Virus record (IMG/VR): IMGVR_UViG_3300031088_000008
Location: 256,001-320,000 of that record
Length of the DNA stretch: 64,000 bases
DNA from: a virus
Taxonomy: Duplodnaviria; Caudoviricetes
Direction: 5' to 3' (one strand)
In this document: piece after piece, positions 1 to 8,835 of the stretch
Numbering within the stretch: position 1 is the stretch's first letter
Layout: every line of letters begins with the position of its first letter
Program-made: the position numbers and the translations under genes
Notes under the pieces: model-generated
What the model was told of the DNA's origin: nothing
What the model saw: the letters and a program-made list of their open reading frames with translations, nothing else
The model's database searches: none

Positions 1-114
1 AAGATTCGCAACACCCCGGAGTTCAAAGATCCGGCCCTTACTCCGCTGGATCCAGCGATCCCCAACCCTCGCCAGGGCGCAGTGAGCCCAACAATCCCCT
101 CAGCCAACCGCTAA
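1..114 (+). CDS. 3' end of a gene truncated by the window edge (Pro-rich C-terminus)
   Basis: Frame 1 is open from base 1 to TAA at 112-114 (KIRNTPEFKDPALTPLDPAIPNP...). Confidence 0.5.
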   Translation, partial: KIRNTPEFKDPALTPLDPAIPNPRQGAVSPTIPSANR

Positions 115-162
115 AACTGCCCCCGGCCAATCCATAAGTAATGGGTTGGTTTGGAGGGCAGA

Positions 163-516
163 ATGGCGCTGATTACATTTGGAACATTGACCACCGCCGG
201 GTGGGCAGCATGGAAATATTGGCGCATTCCTTATCGCTTGTACCTCTGGCGCAAGGCTGAGGAAACAGAACCCGCAACTGGCCAGGTATGGCTGGAGGCG
301 GGCTTCTCGCCCAAGGACAGCAAGTGGAAGATCAAGGAAGTCGAGGAGCTCAGTATCCTTCTCGAGAGCGTTCCGCCCAAAGATGGCGATGACACGGTTG
401 AGCTAGACTTGGTCTGGGATGATTGGTCCGCCATGGTCAAGAAGACCCGCTTGTTCTGTCACGATAAGAATGACAGCATCCATGACCAATACTGGGGCGC
501 AGGGGTGGACGACTGA
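163..516 (+). CDS. hypothetical protein with N-terminal hydrophobic anchor
   Basis: ORF 151..516; ATG 163 follows GGAGGG; TAAGTA late-type motif at 135-140. Confidence 0.6.
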   Translation: MALITFGTLTTAGWAAWKYWRIPYRLYLWRKAEETEPATGQVWLEAGFSPKDSKWKIKEVEELSILLESVPPKDGDDTVELDLVWDDWSAMVKKTRLFCHDKNDSIHDQYWGAGVDD

Positions 517-641
517 TGGTTGTCTACAAGGGCTGGACCCTGACCACCGAGGGAATCCACTACTTTGCCCGGCAAGGAAATCTAAGCCGTCGTTTTGCCA
601 CACGTGGAGCGCGTGAAGCTTGGATAAATCAACAACCCTAA
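516..641 (+). CDS. small hypothetical protein (41 aa, below ORF-track cutoff)
   Basis: TGATG coupling to the upstream stop; MVVYKGWTLTTEGIHYFARQG...; TAA just before the next promoter. Confidence 0.5.
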   Translation: MVVYKGWTLTTEGIHYFARQGNLSRRFATRGAREAWINQQP

Positions 642-645
642 ATCT

Positions 646-680
646 CTGGTTGACGTGCCCAACCAGAGTGCTAAACAGCT
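646..680 (+). promoter_or_regulatory. early sigma70-type promoter cassette
   Basis: CTGGTTGAC...GTGCTAAA, same as the motif repeated throughout the window. Confidence 0.75.
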
Positions 681-682
681 GG

Positions 683-845
683 TAACAAGACGCTCGGTAT
701 TGTTTACAGCCCGGCATAAAGAGCCCGATTCCAGAAAAAGGGCAGCGTGGTTTTGTTAGCGGTCCTCAGGCCCCGGATATGGCTTCCGGGAGATAATCCT
801 GAGATCAACTGCGGTTATCGGGAGGGCTTGTCCCTCCCGTTTCTG
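683..845 (+). ncRNA. putative structured small RNA
   Basis: No credible ORF between the 646 promoter and a terminator hairpin at 819-843; nested stems CTCAGG/CCTGAG and CCCGGA/TCCGGG. Confidence 0.5.
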
Positions 846-862
846 CCTGTGACTGAATAAAA

Positions 863-900
863 CTGGTTGACAGTGTTCCAGTTTCTGCTAACTCTGGTGT
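863..900 (+). promoter_or_regulatory. early promoter cassette
   Basis: CTGGTTGACA...TGCTAACTCTGG followed by ATAGGCAG and GGAG. Confidence 0.8.
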
Positions 901-918
901 ATAGGCAGCGGAGAACAG

Positions 919-1164
919 GTGATGACGATGCGGACTTTTAAGAGCCAGGACTTTAAGTGGAAGTCCAATGAGGGCGTTAGCTTTCTGGACGATCTTAAGA
1001 TTCACGGCTTTCCCCTCTCGGGCTTTTACATCAAGAGCGCGCTGACGGGTCGCATGAAGCTTTTTCTCCCCAACAACGCAACTGCTGAAAACCTCGATGG
1101 CCAGGCATACGATTATTTCTCGCCTGGCGGTAACGTAACGGTGCGTCTTTATGCAGAAGTCTGA
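919..1164 (+). CDS. hypothetical protein
   Basis: GTG after GGAG, directly downstream of a promoter cassette. Confidence 0.7.
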   Translation: MMTMRTFKSQDFKWKSNEGVSFLDDLKIHGFPLSGFYIKSALTGRMKLFLPNNATAENLDGQAYDYFSPGGNVTVRLYAEV

Positions 1165-1495
1165 CGCACTTCCCCCAGAGGGTCCATATGATTGCCAGGC
1201 TTGCGGCGCATGTTGCGTCGTGGCCGGCAAAGTTTCTGTGACGCCCGAGGACTCCACCCCCAAGCGTATGGTCACTGGTGGCTTTCTCAAACGGCACCTC
1301 GGTGGACGCTGCCAAGCACTCGAGGGAACCATTGGCGCTTGTGTGGGCTGCACGATATACCGGAAGCGACCCAGCGTCTGCGTGAGCTTTGCCGCCGGCA
1401 GCGAGGGCTGCAGGTATGCCCGGGAGGTTGCCAGCTACGCCATAAAGAGTGGCGGTCGTCGCGGCTTTGGTGACAACTGGCGCGAGACTGTCTAG
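1151..1495 (+). CDS. YkgJ/UPF0153-like cysteine-cluster (Fe-S/Zn) protein
   Basis: CQACGACC ... RCQAL ... CTIYRKRPSVC motif pattern. Confidence 0.85.
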   Translation: MQKSDALPPEGPYDCQACGACCVVAGKVSVTPEDSTPKRMVTGGFLKRHLGGRCQALEGTIGACVGCTIYRKRPSVCVSFAAGSEGCRYAREVASYAIKSGGRRGFGDNWRETV

Positions 1496-1572
1496 GATTT
1501 GACAACTCGCTAACGCTTCTTTAAGGATATTGTTGCATAGACGTAGAACAATGTTCTTGGAGATCGAATAGA

Positions 1573-2505
1573 ATGTCAGTTAATCAGACCATTGCCTTTA
1601 CGTCCGACCTGATGTCGGAAGACGATTGGTCAACCCAAATCCCCGGTGCGCGTGAGACAATGCGTCACAAGTTCCATCGTGCTCAGCCCAGCGAGATTCT
1701 CGCAGAAGAGATCGTCAGCCGCGGCACCAAGCCCATGATCGCCGGTATCCTCGCCGCAGGGTTGATTGCCAGCGCGCCAGCAGCGCAGCATCGTCCCTCC
1801 ACTCACAGCAAGGCCCACACCGCGCACGTCAAGGCCAAGCCCAAGGTTCACCGGAAGCGAACCAAGATCCGCATCCGTCGTCACCGCATTCCTCGCGACA
1901 CCTACAGTGGTCCCATCAACGAGACGCCACTGGCGGTCACGACCTGGATGGAAGCGCGGAATCAAAAGCGTCCCGGTCGCCTCGCAGTCATGCACGTTAT
2001 CAAGAATCGTGTCCTGGCCAACAAGCGGATGTTTGGCATCGGTCTCCGGGGAGTGTGTCACAAGCCCTGGCAGTACAGCGCATGGAACCGGAACGACGAC
2101 AGCCAGCGGGTTGCGTTCTTCAACATGCTCCAGCTTCCCGAAGACCATCCCGAGAAGATCCTCTGGCGCAGCATTCAAAAGGATGCCAAGCTGGTGTGGA
2201 ACGGCGACAACACGGATAACACTGGTGGGGCAACCTACTACCACACACCGGCAGTCAAGCCCAAATGGCGCTATGATATGACGGTCGTGGGGCAGATCGG
2301 TGACCACATCTTTTACCGTGAGATGACCACACGTGAGCGAAAGCTGAAGGCGCGTGACGATGCGGCGAATCGTCGGCTGAAGAAGGCTCGGAAGATTGCC
2401 CGTCGTGCCAACACCCGACAGGTGACCATGACGATCAGCATCCGCTACAAGACGCGGACCAGTCAGGCAGTTCCAATGCGGGTTGCAGCAACGCATCGTC
2501 GATAA
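1573..2505 (+). CDS. SleB-like cell wall hydrolase (Hydrolase_2) with basic extensions
   Basis: WMEARNQ, AVMHVIKNRV, PWQYS, TGGATYYHT, PKW, IGDHIFY motifs; GGAGATCGAA RBS. Confidence 0.9.
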   Translation: MSVNQTIAFTSDLMSEDDWSTQIPGARETMRHKFHRAQPSEILAEEIVSRGTKPMIAGILAAGLIASAPAAQHRPSTHSKAHTAHVKAKPKVHRKRTKIRIRRHRIPRDTYSGPINETPLAVTTWMEARNQKRPGRLAVMHVIKNRVLANKRMFGIGLRGVCHKPWQYSAWNRNDDSQRVAFFNMLQLPEDHPEKILWRSIQKDAKLVWNGDNTDNTGGATYYHTPAVKPKWRYDMTVVGQIGDHIFYREMTTRERKLKARDDAANRRLKKARKIARRANTRQVTMTISIRYKTRTSQAVPMRVAATHRR

Positions 2506-2596
2506 AAAAGTTCAAACTCTGGTTAAAAAGCGGTTGCGCGGCCAAACTCTGGTGCTATTGTCTGTTTATCGGAAACGCACACAGCAGGAGCAGAAA

Positions 2597-2929
2597 ATGG
2601 CCGCACAGATCGAAATCATCGCAGCAGCGCACTTTTACAACGAGGGCAAGCGCGGCATTCGCGGCGGCGCAGCGCAGAACGACAAGGTCTGGGGCCTGGC
2701 GAAGATCGGCAACACGCTGGTTCGCTTCTGGGGTCGTCGCAACGGCGCGCTGAAGTTCAAGACCGAGATCAACGGCGTCCCTGCTGATCTCCTGCGTAGC
2801 AAGCTGGCAAAGGGCTACGAGACGATGGGCGGCAACTACATGGCGATGCTGACGCCCCGCCTGAAGGCCGACATGCCCTCGCAGTATTACAGCGCGATGG
2901 CACGTGGTGCGCTTAACACGCGGCACTAA
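2597..2929 (+). CDS. WGR-domain-like protein
   Basis: DKVWG...FWGRR...KLAKGY; paralog at 31402-31764. Confidence 0.65.
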   Translation: MAAQIEIIAAAHFYNEGKRGIRGGAAQNDKVWGLAKIGNTLVRFWGRRNGALKFKTEINGVPADLLRSKLAKGYETMGGNYMAMLTPRLKADMPSQYYSAMARGALNTRH

Positions 2930-2996
2930 AAAGCGGTTGACCCAGAGTTAGAATGTGCTAACTCTGGGTTGTAGGCAAACAACTAGGAGATCGAAG

Positions 2997-3155
2997 ATGA
3001 GCGTACTGACCCCGCGGATGCTGAAGGCAATCATCGACAACATGGATGAGATCCAGCTGGACATGGCGATCACCATCGCAGGTGAAGATGATCGTCTCAC
3101 CCAGGCCGAAGATGCAACGCTCACGCAGGATGGCGCGCTGATCATCGGCGAATAA
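2997..3155 (+). CDS. small hypothetical protein
   Basis: Promoter 2934-2968 plus GGAGATCGAAG ATG. Confidence 0.7.
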   Translation: MSVLTPRMLKAIIDNMDEIQLDMAITIAGEDDRLTQAEDATLTQDGALIIGE

Positions 3156-3221
3156 GGCGGTTGACTCTGGTGTGGAATCCGCTACACCAAAGTTATAGGA
3201 AACGAAGACAGGAGATCGAAG

Positions 3222-3386
3222 ATGAAGACGGAAACGAAGCTGGTCGGGCAGGGCGTGGCAATTGGTTCGCTGGTTACCTCGATGGCGCTTACCTTCCCCA
3301 AGATCACGCTGGTCATCGCGCTGGCATTCATCGCCTGGCTGATCATTCCGGCCGCGATCGGCGCCTACAAGGACACGCGGGGCTGA
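3222..3386 (+). CDS. small membrane protein (54 aa, not in ORF track)
   Basis: Promoter plus GGAGATCGAAG ATG; two hydrophobic stretches (MKTETKLVGQGVAIGSLV...IAWLIIPAAIG). Confidence 0.7.
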   Translation: MKTETKLVGQGVAIGSLVTSMALTFPKITLVIALAFIAWLIIPAAIGAYKDTRG

Positions 3387-3580
3387 TGAACTTTCCATTC
3401 TATCTCGATACGTCGGGCAGCATGAGCGACGAGATGATCCGCGATTTTAAGCGGGAAGTCGATGCCATCATGTTGCTGGAGCGGGCACGTCGTGCCAAGT
3501 TCCTCTTGTGGCAGCGTCGTGCCAAGCCGGAACGGGCAAGGAATCGCATCCGCCGCGCAAGCCGTCGCGCAAATCGCTAG
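3386..3580 (+). CDS. small protein with a vWA MIDAS-like fragment and Arg-rich tail
   Basis: TGATG coupling; LDTSGSMSD (DxSxS). Confidence 0.6.
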   Translation: MNFPFYLDTSGSMSDEMIRDFKREVDAIMLLERARRAKFLLWQRRAKPERARNRIRRASRRANR

Positions 3581-3591
3581 GAGAGAAGACC

Positions 3592-3789
3592 ATGATGATC
3601 GAAGTCCCGGACGAGTTCATTGCTCGTATGAAGAAGCTGGCCGCCAAGGCAATGGACTATGAGGACGATGATTTCGATCTGAATAGCTACGTGGGCGGCA
3701 ACATCGACGACGCCTATTCGCGTGGCGAGGATCAGGGCGAGATCCAGGCTGCTCGCGAGATCGTGAGTTTTCTGCCCAAAGAGGACTAA
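3592..3789 (+). CDS. hypothetical acidic protein
   Basis: AGGAG RBS, ATG 3592. Confidence 0.7.
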   Translation: MMIEVPDEFIARMKKLAAKAMDYEDDDFDLNSYVGGNIDDAYSRGEDQGEIQAAREIVSFLPKED

Positions 3790-3850
3790 AACTGGTTGCC
3801 CTGCTGTCCAGTTCTGCTAAAACCAGAACATAGGCAAGCAGGAGCAAGCA

Positions 3851-4117
3851 ATGTTCGAGAACGGTCAGAAAGTCAAGTTCACCAAGCATGGCGTGGAAGT
3901 CGAAGGCCGCATTGATGGTCGTCGGACGTGGTGCCAGGTTGGTGGACATTGCCACACCAAGCATCAGACGGCGGCTGTAAACACGGCCGTGATGGCATGG
4001 GGCTTCAAGGTCCACGCTCCCATCGTTCAGCCGGACGGCACTTTCTATAAGGATCGCCACGATCGCCCCCTGATGGGTCTGGGCTACATGGATGAAAAGC
4101 TGCTCACCGCTGCATAA
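3851..4117 (+). CDS. hypothetical protein
   Basis: Own promoter cassette and AGGAG. Confidence 0.75.
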   Translation: MFENGQKVKFTKHGVEVEGRIDGRRTWCQVGGHCHTKHQTAAVNTAVMAWGFKVHAPIVQPDGTFYKDRHDRPLMGLGYMDEKLLTAA

Positions 4118-4195
4118 AGCGGTTGACGCACAGCGTCCAGGTTGTAAAACCAGAACATAGGCAAACAGCGCAAACGCGCAGCAGGAGATCGAAAC

Positions 4196-4468
4196 ATGGC
4201 ACAGGTAACGACGGATCGCGATGGCATGGAATTCACCGGCGAGGCCGTTGAGTTCACGCTGGGCACTGGTGGCAAGACGATCGAAGACGCCAAGGAATTC
4301 TGCGAAGATATGTGGGGCGGCGCCCAGAAGGGCGATATCGCAGTTCTCCACGAGGGGATCTACTACGTTTGCGATGGCGTGGACCCCAACGCTGGCAAGC
4401 CATTCACTGATGCGCAGGTCGGTGAAATCGTCCTCCACTTTGGTCCGGAGAATGTGACTTTCTTCTGA
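4196..4468 (+). CDS. hypothetical protein
   Basis: Own promoter cassette and GGAGATCGAA. Confidence 0.75.
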   Translation: MAQVTTDRDGMEFTGEAVEFTLGTGGKTIEDAKEFCEDMWGGAQKGDIAVLHEGIYYVCDGVDPNAGKPFTDAQVGEIVLHFGPENVTFF

Positions 4469-4535
4469 AAACTGGTTGACCCTGGGTGTTCTGGTGTTAC
4501 AACCAGAACATAGGCAGACAACGTGGAGATCGGCA

Positions 4536-4799
4536 ATGCGCGGACTGGTAAAGAAGACGACCATCAAGGCAACGTTCACCGCTGACCAGTGGGACCTGTA
4601 CGGAAACAAGGGTCGCGATACGGCGGCCAAGCATCTGAATCAGGCCCTGGAAGCGGCTGTCAATATGGAGGGTTCCAGTCCCAGCAGTGTGTGGCGTGCA
4701 ATGAACACCGCGATGAACGAGTTCATCCACTTGGGCGCCTGCGACAGCGAGCCCAACCGGATGGTCGACGATATCCTGGCCGAGATTTACACCTCGTAA
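4536..4799 (+). CDS. hypothetical protein
   Basis: Promoter 4472-4510, GGAGATCG RBS. Confidence 0.75.
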   Translation: MRGLVKKTTIKATFTADQWDLYGNKGRDTAAKHLNQALEAAVNMEGSSPSSVWRAMNTAMNEFIHLGACDSEPNRMVDDILAEIYTS

Positions 4800-4862
4800 A
4801 AGCGGTTGCATCCGCCTGTCCTGGTGTTAGGACAGTTTTATCGGAAACAAAAGGAGGGCCCA

Positions 4863-5063
4863 ATGGACGGTCGTGAAGCAAATCTGGCCAAGGACAAGAT
4901 GGTCGCGGACCTGTATGCGCGAACCTACGCCGCAGCAATCTCGGCCAACGATAACGGGGTGATCCCCGCCGTGGAGGCCAAACAGGCCGTGAAGAAGTTC
5001 ATCGAGATGATGAAGGTTCTGAGCGCTCCCGAGTGGATGTGGTACAAGGAAAACGAGCTTTGA
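4863..5063 (+). CDS. hypothetical protein
   Basis: Promoter ~4803-4835, AAGGAGG RBS. Confidence 0.7.
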   Translation: MDGREANLAKDKMVADLYARTYAAAISANDNGVIPAVEAKQAVKKFIEMMKVLSAPEWMWYKENEL

Positions 5064-5317
5064 TCCGCCAGTGGATGAGTCGCCCCCTGACGATGAACGT
5101 CTGGGTCAATGCCCTCTTTTACGGCTTCGTCGCTGTAACGACCAACAACCTGATCAACCGTTTTTGGGTCACGCCTCAGAATCCCGAGGGCCTGACTGGC
5201 TTCTTCGGCTACGTGGTCCTGTTCTTCTCCGTGGGCTTTTGCACCTGGCTGAGCAATCGTGAGAACGAGTGGGTGTCGGAGATCAAAAAGGCCGAGAAAG
5301 CCTCGCAGAAGCGATAA
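5033..5317 (+). CDS. two-TM membrane protein (start uncertain)
   Basis: Two hydrophobic segments; follows the previous gene. Confidence 0.6.
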   Translation: MDVVQGKRALIRQWMSRPLTMNVWVNALFYGFVAVTTNNLINRFWVTPQNPEGLTGFFGYVVLFFSVGFCTWLSNRENEWVSEIKKAEKASQKR

Positions 5318-5380
5318 CCTGGTTGACACTGCCCAGCGCGGTGTTACATCCAGAACATCGGAAATGCAGAGGAGAGTGGA

Positions 5381-5569
5381 ATGTTCGTCGTTGAAGTAAT
5401 GGGGAAGTTCTCCAAGAAAAACGAAGAGTTCTACCTTGATGCGCAGGGCAAGAAGAACCGCTTCTTCAGCAAGGCTGCGTCCTTTCCCACTGCAGAGTCC
5501 GCCGAGGCCGCGGGTCGGCTGTTTGTTGAATCTGGCAAGGGCTACGGCTTCCAGGTCAACGCCGCTTAG
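5381..5569 (+). CDS. hypothetical protein
   Basis: Promoter cassette and GAGGAG. Confidence 0.7.
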   Translation: MFVVEVMGKFSKKNEEFYLDAQGKKNRFFSKAASFPTAESAEAAGRLFVESGKGYGFQVNAA

Positions 5570-5579
5570 GAGATCGAAT

Positions 5580-6341
5580 ATGACGAGTCAGCTGTTTAAG
5601 ATCGTGGAGCGCGAGCGTGATCCCCAGACGGTTCTGGAAACGATTGCTGTTCTGATCGCCGGCGCAGAGCGCAACTATCCCGTTGAAGAGGCGGTCAAGA
5701 CCCACTTCAACAAGAGCATCGAGAGCGATGGTCGTCGCTGGGGCGAGCATCAGGGAACCATCGAGGACATTCGGCTCCAGCGCGAGGCACTTGATCGTGG
5801 CTTCCGCGTAACGTTCTCCTATGATGAGTATGCGCGCGGCTGCCATATGGGTTCCACCCGCTACGTTACGTTCATCCCCGACAATCTCGTCACCCTCTGG
5901 GAAGTATGGCAGGACGAGGACCAGGGCTTCGCGATCCAGGACGAGGGTTCGGCCGTCGACACCTACGAGGCGTTCCAGAGCGCCCTGATGGAGCACACCA
6001 AGGAGCGGATCGAGAGCATCCGCCGCGACATCAAGGAGACCGCCCGTCAGGAAGAAGCCGATCGTGTCGCGCAGGCCAACGCAACCTACGAGCTGCTGGG
6101 AAGCTGGCACAGTGGCGAGACGGAAGCGCGCTACCAGGAACTGGCCAACTCCAGCAAAGCCGGAACGGCAACCGACGAGGAGATCGACAACTTTCTGGTC
6201 AAGCTGCTCGACGAAGCGCCCACTGACGTGACGATCGGCTATGCGCGTCGCATCCTGGTCGTGGATAAGATGCGCTTCAACCCCAGCAAGTCGGTGGCCT
6301 GGGCCCGGATCCAGAAGATGATGGTAAATCTCCTGGTCTAA
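5580..6341 (+). CDS. hypothetical protein
   Basis: GGAGATCGAAT ATG; long ORF with high GC3. Confidence 0.8.
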   Translation: MTSQLFKIVERERDPQTVLETIAVLIAGAERNYPVEEAVKTHFNKSIESDGRRWGEHQGTIEDIRLQREALDRGFRVTFSYDEYARGCHMGSTRYVTFIPDNLVTLWEVWQDEDQGFAIQDEGSAVDTYEAFQSALMEHTKERIESIRRDIKETARQEEADRVAQANATYELLGSWHSGETEARYQELANSSKAGTATDEEIDNFLVKLLDEAPTDVTIGYARRILVVDKMRFNPSKSVAWARIQKMMVNLLV

Positions 6342-6399
6342 ACTGGTTGACTGTCCCAGCTCTGGTGTTAGGGCTGGGACAACGGCTAGGGAGAACATC

Positions 6400-6807
6400 G
6401 TGGCACTCACTTACAATCAGGCTTTGGAAGTTGAACCCGAGGTTCTCCGGCAGATGTTTCTCGTGGCATTCGGCCACTATCCAGTCTTAGAGTGGCACGA
6501 GAACTGGACCATGTATGATGATGGCGATGGTTTCGAATACGATGAGCCCATGGTCATGCGGGACTTTCACCTCCTGATCGACACGGAACTTCTGCATAAG
6601 GTCGACGAGTTTTCCTACAGCTACATTCGGCACCTCTTGGTTGAGGTCGTGGAGGACAAGCTGCGAAAGCCCGAGATCTTCCACACCAACCTCAGGGCAA
6701 GCCGAAAGTACAGCTTCAGCGACACCGAGGACTGGTGGGACAGCATCACGTTCAAAGGCGACATTGGCGAGCGCACTCGCTTCGACGTATCGGTGACAAT
6801 CGGATGA
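6400..6807 (+). CDS. hypothetical acidic protein
   Basis: Promoter 6343-6381, GGGAG RBS. Confidence 0.7.
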   Translation: MALTYNQALEVEPEVLRQMFLVAFGHYPVLEWHENWTMYDDGDGFEYDEPMVMRDFHLLIDTELLHKVDEFSYSYIRHLLVEVVEDKLRKPEIFHTNLRASRKYSFSDTEDWWDSITFKGDIGERTRFDVSVTIG

Positions 6808-7169
6808 CCTACGGACTCAGACGCTTCGAGGAATACGCCCTGGAGCCCGCAGAGGGCATGGCCCGCCTACACTGCGAGTGGACATCAGAGGCAAGCGGGT
6901 TGGAGATCTACGTTCGGCGGTCGATCCGCTGGAAGGGTGTGATCACACTAGCAAACATCACGCTTCCTCGCCACCTTCAGCAGCAGGGAATATTCACGCG
7001 CTTTTGTGAAGACTGGAAGCCCCGTCTTCCACTGTTCATTGAGCACGTGGGCAATCCTGATCTGGATCGTTGGCTCAATCGAACGGGCTGGTACCTCTAC
7101 GATCTGGATGGCCACAACGGCTATTACAATGATCTAGCCAGCGCAATCATTGATCGGCGTTTCAAATAA
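6804..7169 (+). CDS. GNAT-like protein
   Basis: ATGA overlap; LANITLPRHLQQQGIF resembles the acetyl-CoA binding Q/RxxGxG loop. Confidence 0.5.
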   Translation: MTYGLRRFEEYALEPAEGMARLHCEWTSEASGLEIYVRRSIRWKGVITLANITLPRHLQQQGIFTRFCEDWKPRLPLFIEHVGNPDLDRWLNRTGWYLYDLDGHNGYYNDLASAIIDRRFK

Positions 7170-7227
7170 AAGGTTGAACTCTCACCAGTGTTCGCTATTT
7201 AGAAGTGATACTGGTTGGAGATTGAAC

Positions 7228-7410
7228 ATGAAGCGTACCCCAATATGGCTGCTACCGATTGGCTTTAATGCCAACGAGGTCGAGGGGCGTGAAGCGTTCG
7301 AAGCTGGTGAGGACGTTGACTTTCACCCATATGGTGACAGTGCAGCGGCCAAGGATTTTCAGAGGGGTTGGCGTCAGGCCGAACTCCGGAGCAAGGAGGC
7401 AAAGAAGTGA
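7228..7410 (+). CDS. Rmf/CrpP-fold-like small protein
   Basis: EGREAFEAG...HPY...FQRGW pattern. Confidence 0.5.
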   Translation: MKRTPIWLLPIGFNANEVEGREAFEAGEDVDFHPYGDSAAAKDFQRGWRQAELRSKEAKK

Positions 7411-7712
7411 TTCAGACCTACAATCCGTGCGAGCAGAATGATCCACGGTTCCAGGACGTTCGCGACAAGCATCTGGGCGTTGACATCATGTTCGTCAGCG
7501 GTATCTCTGGCTGGTCGTGGTCGGCCAAGCTGCCCAACGGCGATCAGCTCAGCGATGACTGCTTTCTGAGCCCCGAGGGTGCGATCGACAACTGCATCCT
7601 GGTTCTCTCCAACGATCCCCAGTGGCGTCCCGATCCGTTCGCCAGCAAGCCGGTGACCAGCCGGACCGACCTCGACGACTACTTGAAGCGGTGGACCGAA
7701 GAACACGGTTGA
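7407..7712 (+). CDS. hypothetical protein
   Basis: GTGA overlap, AAGGAGG RBS. Confidence 0.65.
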   Translation: MIQTYNPCEQNDPRFQDVRDKHLGVDIMFVSGISGWSWSAKLPNGDQLSDDCFLSPEGAIDNCILVLSNDPQWRPDPFASKPVTSRTDLDDYLKRWTEEHG

Positions 7713-7743
7713 CACTGGGCCAGTTCCTGTTAGGAGATCGAGC

Positions 7744-7944
7744 ATGACGTTAAAGATCGCAAACTCGGCAATCAGCGAGACCCATCGGTTCACGGTGGGT
7801 ACCAGCAACCACGATGGCTATATGTACCTCCAGGTCGAGGACATGACCACACGGGAAGTGAGCTCCATAAAGCTGGACGATGAAAGTCGTTCCTGTCTTC
7901 GGAAGGTGCTCGGCCCCACGGAAAACTGGACTGGTATTTTCTGA
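7744..7944 (+). CDS. hypothetical protein
   Basis: AGGAGATCGA RBS. Confidence 0.65.
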   Translation: MTLKIANSAISETHRFTVGTSNHDGYMYLQVEDMTTREVSSIKLDDESRSCLRKVLGPTENWTGIF

Positions 7945-8141
7945 TGGGCAAGGCCATTCTTCTCCTCTTTGCGATCATGCAGGGCATCGCTATCGCACTG
8001 GGAATGATCAACGCCGGTGATTGGAACATCGGTCACTGGGACGAGGGAACCCGCAACGCGGTCGCTACCTTCCCAGCGACGATCATCATCTTCCTCATCC
8101 TCCTGTATTTTTCGGGAACCAAAGACGAGAAGGGAAAGTAA
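7944..8141 (+). CDS. small two-TM membrane protein
   Basis: TGATG coupling; hydrophobic helices. Confidence 0.65.
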   Translation: MGKAILLLFAIMQGIAIALGMINAGDWNIGHWDEGTRNAVATFPATIIIFLILLYFSGTKDEKGK

Positions 8142-8381
8142 ATGGCCTTGACTGCTGATGAGCGCGAGGAACTCACCAACCTGTACGCGCAGATGAAGGC
8201 AGGCGGAAAGGAGTGGAACCCCACCCCGGAAGCCAAGATCGAAAGCAACCAGCGCCTCGATGAAGCACTGTGGGCGGCGATGTGTCATCGGACTGGTCGC
8301 TGCGGTCTTGGTGTCGACCAGGCCTATCCGGAAACGCCACAGGCTCGCGTCTATCAACTCATGATGAAGGCACTGGGATGA
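8142..8381 (+). CDS. hypothetical protein
   Basis: Adjacent start after TAA. Confidence 0.65.
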   Translation: MALTADEREELTNLYAQMKAGGKEWNPTPEAKIESNQRLDEALWAAMCHRTGRCGLGVDQAYPETPQARVYQLMMKALG

Positions 8382-8794
8382 ATATTGGAAAGTCGATCGG
8401 CATCGGCATAATGGTCGGCTGCGTGGCCGCTTGGGGTTATATCATTACCCCCGAGTACGTTCTGTTTCCCGACCGCGAAGCGCCCATGCGTTATTACTAT
8501 GACGCCAAGCGGGTCTTCAACGAAACGGAAACCAAGGAGTATGGTGACGGCGAGTCCTATACCCAGACCTACACGGGCGCTTGCCCCGACCTGAGCCTGA
8601 TGACGGCCAAGGCGCTGGGCGACAAAAAGCTCACGATCCGGGAAGTCCACGACCTGGGCAAGGAATCGCTCCGGCTGTTCAACACCGCCGAGGAAGTCAG
8701 TCGCCGCAACGAGGCTCTCAAGGCTGCTGGCCAGAAGATCACGGATAGCAATATCCAGTGTGAGCATGGTGATGAGCTCTTCCAAAACCTATAA
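8378..8794 (+). CDS. membrane-anchored hypothetical protein
   Basis: ATGA overlap, N-terminal TM. Confidence 0.65.
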   Translation: MNIGKSIGIGIMVGCVAAWGYIITPEYVLFPDREAPMRYYYDAKRVFNETETKEYGDGESYTQTYTGACPDLSLMTAKALGDKKLTIREVHDLGKESLRLFNTAEEVSRRNEALKAAGQKITDSNIQCEHGDELFQNL

Positions 8795-8835
8795 AGCTGG
8801 TTGACTGGTCTCCAGACTGGTGCAAAGTGGGTGGC

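Noticed and set aside
683-845. Self-cleaving ribozyme (hammerhead, twister, pistol)
   Set aside because: Core consensus nucleotides could not be matched by eye
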